Source of the DNA: an uncultured bacterium
GTDB taxonomy: Bacteria > Verrucomicrobiota > Kiritimatiellia > RFP12 > UBA1067
NCBI GenBank assembly: GCA_902772905.1
Contig: CACYCL010000164.1
Location: forward strand, 1 to 44,258
Direction: 5' to 3'
Length of the DNA stretch: 44,258 bases
Shown here one piece after another: positions 10,183 through 17,803 of the stretch. How positions within the stretch are numbered: position 1 is the stretch's first letter; each line of letters opens with the position of its first letter. The translations under genes and the position numbers were made by a program. A model generated the notes under the pieces. The model did no database searches and was not told the DNA's origin. It saw only the letters and a list, made by a program, of their open reading frames with translations.

Positions 10183-11924
10183 TTGATTCTCCTTGGATGA
10201 AAGCACGAAAGCACAACACCTGTCACGATGCAGGCAACAAACCCAATCCCGCCAATTAAAAACGGATGGATTCCGAATCGCGCCGCAAAACCGCCGAACT
10301 TCAACAAGAAACACACGCAAAAATTCACTACCAAGCCTGAAAAAGCCGCGCCACCACTTACACGCGGTGCAAAAACGCCCAAAAAGAAGATACCTGCGAC
10401 ACCAGACGTCACAGTTGAAATCGCCTCCTGAAAGATGTCGCACAATGACCGCAAATCGACATGCGCAAGAACAAAGGCCCCCGCCGTCCCCACGACGCCG
10501 CAAACGACCACGCACAGCTGACCGAGACGCACGCCTACACGTTCGCTCGCCTCCGGCCGAAACCGCAAGTAGAAATCAGACACAATCGCCGACGAAGCTG
10601 CGGACAAATTGGCGGACAGCGTGGAAATCGTTGCGGCAAAGACCGCAGCGATTACAAGTCCTGCAATGACGGGCGGCAACTCCATTCCAATGAAGTGTGG
10701 GAAGATCGCGTCATTCTTCGGCATCAGCGGATCCAGAAGCTCGGGATAACACTTGTAGTGTGTCCACAAGGCCGTGCCGATGGCAAAGAACACGGTAATG
10801 CCGACAAGCGAAAGCACGGCATTGAACAACATCGAACGCACTGCCGCCCGGTTGTCCTTGACGGCAACATACCGCTGCACTACACACTGGTCAGACGTGT
10901 AAGAAAAAAGAGTCTGCGTCACACCGAGCGACATAGCGACCCAAAACGTCAATTCGGCAAGGTTTGGCGAGAAATCAAAGCAGCGGAACTTGTGCGCGTC
11001 CGTGCCAAGCGCAACGTATCCCGCAATCCCCCCATCTGTACCAGCAATCAACCAAGCAAGGATCAGCACAGCTCCACCCATAAGCACAATGCCCTGCATA
11101 AAATCCGACCAGATGACAGCCTCAAGCCCACCGAGCGAACAGTACAAAACCGTGACGAGTCCGCAGAGGCCAACCGAGAAGTCGATGCCTACGCCTGTTA
11201 CGGCATCGATTGCAATAGCAGGCAGAAGCGTCACAATCGCCACCCGCAGAACCATAAAGACAACAAATACTGCGGAAGAGAAAAGACGCGTCGCCAGATT
11301 GAACCGACGCTCAAGATACTCATATGCGCTCGTGAGGTTCATCTTCCGAAAAACCGGCATGTAGAACAGGATGGCAATGGGAATGACAATCAACTGTCCG
11401 AGGAGGCAGTTCTGGTACAGCCGCCAGTCTGAAATGTATGCAAGCGCGGGGACGGATAGGAATGTGATCGACGAGAGCATCGTCGCGAACAGAGAGACTC
11501 CGGCCACGTACCACGGAATGCGCCCGCCACCCCTGAAGAACGACGACGATGTCTTCTCCCTGCGCGCAAAATAGACGCCCATCATTGTGATGACCGCAAA
11601 GTACCCAGCCACCACGGTCCACGCCAACGGCGGGAAACGGCGATTTGGGACGATTTTATCCGCATCCGACCATGTATCCGTAACGGTGTGGTAGTACTTC
11701 ACCGGATGCCCCGCCTCGTCTTTGAACACTATATGCTGGTCCCCGGACGGCTCTGCGGATACAATCCCCTCTCCGGGATCTTCAAATACGAACTCCCTGA
11801 GTACTTTCTGGTCCCCGTTCTGAGTCACGACAAACCGCTTCGCGGCAGGAGCCACATCCGTGACGACGCCAGCAACCAATGCAGCGGCAAAGACTGCAGT
11901 AGCCAGAATGGACGCAAACATCAC
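10179..11924 (-). CDS. Sodium:solute symporter (SiaT-like) with N-terminal exported extension
   Basis: FFRGGGRIPW..GVSLFATMLSSITFLSVP, SAYEYLERRF, GGLEAVIWSD, DQCVVQRY, FAATISTLS. Confidence 0.92.
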   Translation of the reverse strand: MMFASILATAVFAAALVAGVVTDVAPAAKRFVVTQNGDQKVLREFVFEDPGEGIVSAEPSGDQHIVFKDEAGHPVKYYHTVTDTWSDADKIVPNRRFPPLAWTVVAGYFAVITMMGVYFARREKTSSSFFRGGGRIPWYVAGVSLFATMLSSITFLSVPALAYISDWRLYQNCLLGQLIVIPIAILFYMPVFRKMNLTSAYEYLERRFNLATRLFSSAVFVVFMVLRVAIVTLLPAIAIDAVTGVGIDFSVGLCGLVTVLYCSLGGLEAVIWSDFMQGIVLMGGAVLILAWLIAGTDGGIAGYVALGTDAHKFRCFDFSPNLAELTFWVAMSLGVTQTLFSYTSDQCVVQRYVAVKDNRAAVRSMLFNAVLSLVGITVFFAIGTALWTHYKCYPELLDPLMPKNDAIFPHFIGMELPPVIAGLVIAAVFAATISTLSANLSAASSAIVSDFYLRFRPEASERVGVRLGQLCVVVCGVVGTAGAFVLAHVDLRSLCDIFQEAISTVTSGVAGIFFLGVFAPRVSGGAAFSGLVVNFCVCFLLKFGGFAARFGIHPFLIGGIGFVACIVTGVVLSCFHPRRIK

Positions 11925-12973
11925 GCAAGTTCCTCAGACAAGATTCTCCCATATTCACGCACGACATCGACTGAGCCAGGTCCGAATGCGGATTGATAAT
12001 CGTCGCTGACATCCACGGCGAACGACGTGACGTGTCGTACGCCAAGCCGTCTATAGGTCCTGACATCGGCTCGCGTTCGTTCTGCATCCCATGGAATGCG
12101 CACGAGCGGCTTCTTCCATCCGCAGAACAGGGAGGCGTCAATCCAGTACTCCAGCACCTGCGCGGTTTCCACAGGGAACACCTTCAGCAGGTCAGCAAGA
12201 CGCGAAACGAACGGGCTTCCAGGCATCAAATCCTTCCGAACAACCGTGTTTCCATCCCTCCACCGGCGGATCGGCGCATATTCGAGGAAAAGCCCCGGAT
12301 GCGGCTTAAGCGTCGGTGTTTCCATTGTGACCTGATATGCGAGATGGGCAAGCGTGGCGCACGGATCGATCTCGGCGCGGAGTGCGCCTACGATCGCGTT
12401 TTCCACAGCAATTGCCTGGTCTGCGCCGCTCATGGCACGGCATCTCGGACATCGGCACACGTGCCCGTTGTCCGAGAGCCAGAAGAAGTATCGCCCTGTG
12501 GTCGGACGACACACCTTCGCGACTTCGACCGCGCGCGATGCGACTATCTCAAGCGCTATGGGATTCGAAACGCAGCAATTGTACTTTGGCGTACGTCTGC
12601 CGTTCGCGTCCATGCGAAAAAGTTCCGGCTCCCTTGAGAACAATTCACGCGGCAGCAGGTAGTCCATCGCATGCAGCTCGTGTTCAACCTCCAGTCCGCA
12701 GCGCTCGCATTCGTCGAGAAACTTCCTGCCTCGTTCGCTCCTGAGGAACGGCATTACGTCCTCCGGGCCAATGTGCGTAGCAAGGGTCGTGAGTCCCGAC
12801 TCATGCGCAAGCTTCGGCCAGTCAAACGAGCCTTCGAGATCCCTTACCCTCACGACGGCGCCGCGCGTCGAACGCGCGGCGGTGCGCGAGGGCTCTGTTA
12901 CGCATCCGGTCGTGGCACCGGTGATGCACAACGCGCCAGCATTCCAGATGAAGTTTCGTCTGCTGCTATTCAT
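11921..12973 (-). CDS. Tat-exported DUF4838-like putative carbohydrate-active lipoprotein
   Basis: Start MNSSRRNFI (twin-arginine) with TTGC; HELHAM.YLLP..LF..EPELF..R..N.CVSN and CRCPRC resemble DUF4838. Confidence 0.65.
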   Translation of the reverse strand: MNSSRRNFIWNAGALCITGATTGCVTEPSRTAARSTRGAVVRVRDLEGSFDWPKLAHESGLTTLATHIGPEDVMPFLRSERGRKFLDECERCGLEVEHELHAMDYLLPRELFSREPELFRMDANGRRTPKYNCCVSNPIALEIVASRAVEVAKVCRPTTGRYFFWLSDNGHVCRCPRCRAMSGADQAIAVENAIVGALRAEIDPCATLAHLAYQVTMETPTLKPHPGLFLEYAPIRRWRDGNTVVRKDLMPGSPFVSRLADLLKVFPVETAQVLEYWIDASLFCGWKKPLVRIPWDAERTRADVRTYRRLGVRHVTSFAVDVSDDYQSAFGPGSVDVVREYGRILSEELA

Positions 12974-12981
12974 CTTCCAGG

Positions 12982-14193
12982 TCAGCGTTTCATCTTCCAC
13001 TTCGTGGCCATGATGCATGGCCTTTCGCCGTGCACCGGACGCTGCTGCTGATAATAGACCGTAAGCATGGTTCCGTCGGGCAGTGCGCAAGTCGAGGGAT
13101 ATCCGAGATCCCCGTTGTGACTAGGCGCAAGGCAAATCTCGTTTGCGGCATCCCATGTGCGTCCACCGTCGTCCGAGATTGCCGCAAACTCGCCGAATCC
13201 GGGATCTGCGACGCGCCGCCCATATACGGCAACCACTTTCCCGTCCTTCAACTGCAGAAGATGCGGAGGAAGCCCCTTGAGTCCGGAGTCGTGCATGCGC
13301 GTCCACGTGCGGCCACCGTCCTTAGACGTCGCCTGCCTCATGCAGCCGCCCGGCCCGTGATAGCGTATCAGCGCGATGAGTGTGCCGTCGGAGAGTTCGA
13401 CCACATGCGGCTCGCAGTAAACCTGCCGCTCTGGGTCGTCCGACGGGGCCGCTATGTTCTGGCAGAGGAGTTCCCACGTGCGACCCCCATCGGCAGAACG
13501 CTCTACCGTGATGCCAGTGCGATCCTTCTCCGGTATCGACATGAACGTCGGAGTCGGCGGCTTGTCCACCTTCCCGATCTGGAGAAGCGAGCCGTCCTTC
13601 AGCAGAATCGGTCCGTGCGGGGTCTGCCCTTTGACGGACATCTTTTCCGGCTTGGTCCACGTCTTGCCGCCATCCCTGGAGCGGACGCAGAAGTTGCCGA
13701 GAGCCGCATTGCGCACCTCCTCCGGAATCTTCTCGTCGTGCCGAACCATCCAGTACTGCCTGGTGTGGGGCGCCCACTTTGTCTCGAGCAGCTTCTTCGT
13801 GCGGTATGCGACGGACGTGAAATAGACGACCAGCAGCTCTCCGTCCGGTAATTCGACAATGCCGGCGTCGCGGTCGTCGATCGGCCCGTTGGCGATCGTC
13901 TGCGGCTCGCTCCACGTCTCGCCGCCGTCCTTGGACCGAATGAGCTGCACCTTTCCCCACGGGCAGACGTGATAGTCGCGGTCGCCGGAGAACACGGCAA
14001 TGATCTCGCCGCTGCGCAGTGCCGCCACCGTCGGCCAGCCGACATAGCGGTTTGTCTCTACGCAGATGGGTCGAGTCCAGAGTATCTCAGCCCTGGACTG
14101 GTCGCGCGGAGGAATGTACGAAACCGGCGGCTCGGCGGCGGACGCGGAAAAAGCCGCGCCGCACAGAATAACAATCACAAGATGCATTTTCAT
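12982..14193 (-). CDS. Sialidase-family (BNR/Asp-box) beta-propeller glycosidase
   Basis: Signal peptide; five Asp-boxes (SKDGGETW, SRDGGKTW, SADGGRTW, SKDGGRTW, SDDGGRTW); CEP and DLGYPS motifs. Confidence 0.85.
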   Translation of the reverse strand: MKMHLVIVILCGAAFSASAAEPPVSYIPPRDQSRAEILWTRPICVETNRYVGWPTVAALRSGEIIAVFSGDRDYHVCPWGKVQLIRSKDGGETWSEPQTIANGPIDDRDAGIVELPDGELLVVYFTSVAYRTKKLLETKWAPHTRQYWMVRHDEKIPEEVRNAALGNFCVRSRDGGKTWTKPEKMSVKGQTPHGPILLKDGSLLQIGKVDKPPTPTFMSIPEKDRTGITVERSADGGRTWELLCQNIAAPSDDPERQVYCEPHVVELSDGTLIALIRYHGPGGCMRQATSKDGGRTWTRMHDSGLKGLPPHLLQLKDGKVVAVYGRRVADPGFGEFAAISDDGGRTWDAANEICLAPSHNGDLGYPSTCALPDGTMLTVYYQQQRPVHGERPCIMATKWKMKR

Positions 14194-14206
14194 CTGAGCC
14201 GCCTCC

Positions 14207-15547
14207 CTACTTCAATCCAGCCTGGCAGGCAAGGCGGAAGCCGATGGCGTTGTCGGTCGTGCTTGGCACCGAGTCGTAGCGCGTGGCCGAGCGTCCAAGA
14301 TACGGATAGTTGACCCATGCCCCGCCGCGGCGAATACGCTTTGCGGTGTTGTCCCCGACGGCGACGTTGACGCGCCCTGTAAGCGACGAGATGTCGGCGA
14401 ACGCCGCAGATGCGTCAAGACACCACTCCCATACATTGCCGTGCATATCGTATAGACCCCATGAATTCGGCGCATAGCTTCCGCATACGGCTGTCGCCTG
14501 GTTCGTCGTGCCTGCCGTGCCGGGCGAGGTCACATCCGGATTTTCGATGTTTGCCCTGGTGCGACCCGGACAATTCACATCCGCCGTCTTGTTTACGTAA
14601 GCCGAGCCATTGCCCCAAAGGCCCTCTCCATTCCCGGCGCGGCACGCAAATTCCCACTGTGCTTCGCTCGGCAGATCGAAACGTATGCCGGTCTTGTTGT
14701 ATAGCTGGCCGAGAAATGACGCGTCTGCCGGCGCGTCCGGCCATTCTCCGTTGGAAACCGTGCTTTTGTCGGCACCACGGCGGATCTGGTTGTAAGAGAC
14801 GAACTCCACGGGACGATGCGCGCGCATGGCGACGGCGGAGAAATACGCGGGATACGTGCCGTATATCTGCGCCCACTGCGTCTGGGTGACCTCGAATACG
14901 CCGATGTAGTAGTTGTTAGTGAGCTGCACGGTGTGCGTCGCCTCTTTCGCCGCCTCGCGCCCCTCTTCCCCTACGCTTCCCATCGTCCACTTGACGTTCT
15001 TCGCCATTATCTTGCGCATGACGATCTTGTTCTCGCGGTAGTCGGGGTTGCCGAGAATGCCGCCGGGCAGCCATTCGGCCCCTGGATAGTACGCAACATC
15101 GCCTTTCTTGGCACCTGAGGAGATGTCGACGACCATGTAGTCCGGGGTGTTGTCCAGCGCCCATGCGGTGACGACCGCCCTTGCGCGGTTCTCAGTGACA
15201 TTCTGGCCGGGCCACGAGAGGTCTGGATGCCATGTCGCCGCGAGGTAGCCTTCGCCGTCCGCCTCGGAGGCGAAAACCTTGCGGAACGCCGCGCCCGTGA
15301 AGCCCTGGATGTTCTCGCCGCCGATGGATACCCAGCCGTCCGCGTCGGTCGCCGCATTGGCCGAGGCGTTCGTTTGGATGTCTATCGTCACCACTGCGTC
15401 CGCAGAAAGCTTGTACTTGATGGTTACCATACGGGTGAGCACGTCTTGCAACATCTTCGCGTCGGATGCCACGGGTACGCTTGCCATGGCCACCGATGCG
15501 GACACGAGGACTGAAAAGGCGCAAAGCGCCGTCGTCGTCTTGTTCAT
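14207..15547 (-). CDS. Secreted FGE-sulfatase (SUMF1/EgtB/PvdO)-fold protein
   Basis: Signal peptide; YIGVFEVTQTQW, LPSEAQWEFACRAG, PNSWGLYDMHGNVWEWC, RGGAW, GFRL. Confidence 0.88.
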   Translation of the reverse strand: MNKTTTALCAFSVLVSASVAMASVPVASDAKMLQDVLTRMVTIKYKLSADAVVTIDIQTNASANAATDADGWVSIGGENIQGFTGAAFRKVFASEADGEGYLAATWHPDLSWPGQNVTENRARAVVTAWALDNTPDYMVVDISSGAKKGDVAYYPGAEWLPGGILGNPDYRENKIVMRKIMAKNVKWTMGSVGEEGREAAKEATHTVQLTNNYYIGVFEVTQTQWAQIYGTYPAYFSAVAMRAHRPVEFVSYNQIRRGADKSTVSNGEWPDAPADASFLGQLYNKTGIRFDLPSEAQWEFACRAGNGEGLWGNGSAYVNKTADVNCPGRTRANIENPDVTSPGTAGTTNQATAVCGSYAPNSWGLYDMHGNVWEWCLDASAAFADISSLTGRVNVAVGDNTAKRIRRGGAWVNYPYLGRSATRYDSVPSTTDNAIGFRLACQAGLK

Positions 15548-15573
15548 TGTCGTATTCCTTTCGTTGTTGTTGT

Positions 15574-15882
15574 TTAGTACAAGATGATGATGATTCCGTC
15601 AGGCGGGAATGACTTCAATCTCGTTCCAGCGGCAACAGCACTAGTGCAGCTCCGAGCCTCCAGCACATTTGCATCGGTAGCCGACGGCACCATTGCCGTG
15701 ACGAGGTCGCAGCCTACGGACGACGACTCGGATTTCGGGTTCTCCGCCGGCCAGCCATCAACGAACAAGCTGTACGTATCCTCCGCGCAAACGGACGGCG
15801 CAAACGCGGCGTATGTGACCGCAAAGATCAATATTGCGACCGCTTTCGTCATGGGCATCGATGCGATTATCATCTTTCTCAT
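15574..15882 (-). CDS. Small secreted hypothetical protein
   Basis: GAGGA RBS 6 nt before ATG 15882; signal-like N-terminus; ends PPDGIIIILY. Confidence 0.6.
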   Translation of the reverse strand: MRKMIIASMPMTKAVAILIFAVTYAAFAPSVCAEDTYSLFVDGWPAENPKSESSSVGCDLVTAMVPSATDANVLEARSCTSAVAAGTRLKSFPPDGIIIILY

Positions 15883-16009
15883 AGACAATCCTCATGTTTT
15901 CAAGATGTTTGTATTGTATCATTTCACAGCAAGACGCAAGTCCGCAATATCACATCCACGATTTGGCGGACTTTTTCGGGCGCACCACCCCCAGCGGGAA
16001 TTACCGTCT

Positions 16010-16927
16010 TTAATGCAGACGAATCTCTTTGACCTCGCGAGGCATCTTTCCCGTGATGGCCTTGAAGCGCTCGGAGAAATGCCGAGCGGCGCCGTATCCG
16101 AGAAAGTTCGCCACATAGCCCACGCTCTTTCCGGCGGAGAGCAAACGCTTCGCCGCGTCCATGCGGCAGCGGATGAGATACGTGCGCGGAGAATATCCCA
16201 ACGACTTCTTGAAGCGGACATCAAATGAAGAACGGGACATCCCGCACTCTGCCGCCTTTTGGATAAAGTCAAATCGACGCTCAGGATGCTCTCGCATTTC
16301 GTCGGCAACAGTCCGAAGCCTCTTGTCTGGGTGTATGCGCGGAGCCGAATTTGCGGAATCGACAATAGCCAGCAACAGGTCGGCAACGGCTGTTCGCAAA
16401 CGGAACGTCCGCTCAGGAGTTTTCCTCGTCAGCGTTTCATACAAATGGAACAACCGGCGAAATGCCTCGCAGACGCCCGAAACGTCTTCAAAAGAGCGTC
16501 GCGGCAGATGCATGAACTCATCCACCAGCCACATCACCTCTTTCGGCGACAGATGCAAGCAAGGGAAGCCCTTCTTGGGAACACGAAAAAGCATCCAGTA
16601 CTTGCTGATGCCATGCGGCCACGTCGAAAGGCGATGTTTCTCTCCTGGCAGCGAAACAAAGACGGTTCCAGGACAAAACGAATGCGTTTCGCTACCCAAC
16701 TCGAACGACAAGTCCCCTCTGACGCAATAAGAAATCTCTATGCACTCTCTGTGCGAATGCAATGGAGACGCCTTGACCAGTCTTCGGAAATCGTCAAAGC
16801 CAAGAACTGGAATGCACAATACACCATCTGACTCAAGCGAAACGACCTTACGCTCCGAACCATACTGATAATCTGCAGGAAGTTCGATTGGCTTTCGTGT
16901 CGGCGATTTCTTGCTGCAAGTGCTCAT
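16010..16927 (-). CDS. AraC family transcriptional regulator
   Basis: Cupin HSHRECIEI..PGEKH and C-terminal double HTH (FKKSLGYSPRTY..RMDAAKRLL..VANFLGY..HFSERFKAITGKMPRE). Confidence 0.93.
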   Translation of the reverse strand: MSTCSKKSPTRKPIELPADYQYGSERKVVSLESDGVLCIPVLGFDDFRRLVKASPLHSHRECIEISYCVRGDLSFELGSETHSFCPGTVFVSLPGEKHRLSTWPHGISKYWMLFRVPKKGFPCLHLSPKEVMWLVDEFMHLPRRSFEDVSGVCEAFRRLFHLYETLTRKTPERTFRLRTAVADLLLAIVDSANSAPRIHPDKRLRTVADEMREHPERRFDFIQKAAECGMSRSSFDVRFKKSLGYSPRTYLIRCRMDAAKRLLSAGKSVGYVANFLGYGAARHFSERFKAITGKMPREVKEIRLH

Positions 16928-17021
16928 GCCTCAAATGCTTTAGAACTCCATCTACCCAAAATATTCCCATGTCATAGAAGACAGAAGCCTCTTAAATGCG
17001 GGCAACGCACAACGCATGACC

Positions 17022-17408
17022 CTATCGCACTAGAACTGCAGATGTGTGAATCTTGCGACGCAACAGCAGCACAAGAAAAACGTCTTCGTCCCCTTCATAC
17101 GTGACAACGTGCGTCGCTCGCGATGCTCCACATCTTTCTGCCTCGGCCTCTATCATCTTTATCTGATTCTCAAGATTCACAGTATCTCGGAACGGAAGGC
17201 ACGACACGCAATCAGGCGAGTCCACATCGCCAGATGCAAGCGGCAGCAGGCAGAAAAGCGACCAAGAGCTGTTCATTACCTGAACAGTCTCGACAATTTC
17301 TTCCCCTTCGGCAGTACGTGCGCCTGGCTCAGGAGGCATTCGCGTCACCAATGCACAGCCAGATGTGAATAGAAGCGCAGCAGCCGGCAACATGCGCCAT
17401 GCATTCAT
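17022..17408 (-). CDS. Small lipoprotein, paralog of 17405-17803
   Basis: Lipobox FTSGC; NSSWSLFCLLPLASGD. Confidence 0.7.
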   Translation of the reverse strand: MNAWRMLPAAALLFTSGCALVTRMPPEPGARTAEGEEIVETVQVMNSSWSLFCLLPLASGDVDSPDCVSCLPFRDTVNLENQIKMIEAEAERCGASRATHVVTYEGDEDVFLVLLLRRKIHTSAVLVR

Positions 17409-17803
17409 CTCTCCCCCCCCCTCTTCACGAGGTTGGCAGACAGATTAACCTCTTTATAGACTATCACCCATGGAACAGGCGAATAGTATGCGTCAAAAAG
17501 CACATCGTTCGTCCCAAGATACCAGACATCCGTCTCGATGGCATCACGTTCTGCCGCAACTGCATCAAGCCTGGCTTTCGCAAGCTCAGGCTTGAGGTCG
17601 TTCCAGAAGAACAAAAAGGGACACCAGCTTTCGGCGTTCGAATTTCCGCAAACGAGCGGTACATAGCCGAAAAGCGTCCAACCGTAGTTCGACACAGTTA
17701 CATGACCCGCCGACGATGCGCCTAGTATTGGCGACTCCGCAACCTCCACCGAATAGCATCCGACGCACAGCGCCAGCGCCACTGCTATCAGACTCAATTT
17801 CAT
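17405..17803 (-). CDS. Small lipoprotein, paralog of 17022-17408
   Basis: Lipobox CVGC; NYGWTLFGYVPLVCGN; ATGA overlaps at both ends. Confidence 0.7.
   Translation of the reverse strand: MKLSLIAVALALCVGCYSVEVAESPILGASSAGHVTVSNYGWTLFGYVPLVCGNSNAESWCPFLFFWNDLKPELAKARLDAVAAERDAIETDVWYLGTNDVLFDAYYSPVPWVIVYKEVNLSANLVKRGGER

Noticed and set aside
10183-10515. N-terminal extensions in the ORF track (nanA to 10515; also tatC 2391, pal 3399, DUF4838-like 13090, Whirly-like 31479, M20 43982)
   Set aside because: They overlap upstream genes, terminators or promoters; downstream ATGs fit RBS, ATGA coupling or signal-peptide position better
7054-16927. tRNA-anchored genomic island carrying the sialidase cluster
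   Set aside because: The cluster is on the 5' side of the tRNA; no integrase and no duplicated tRNA 3' end were seen
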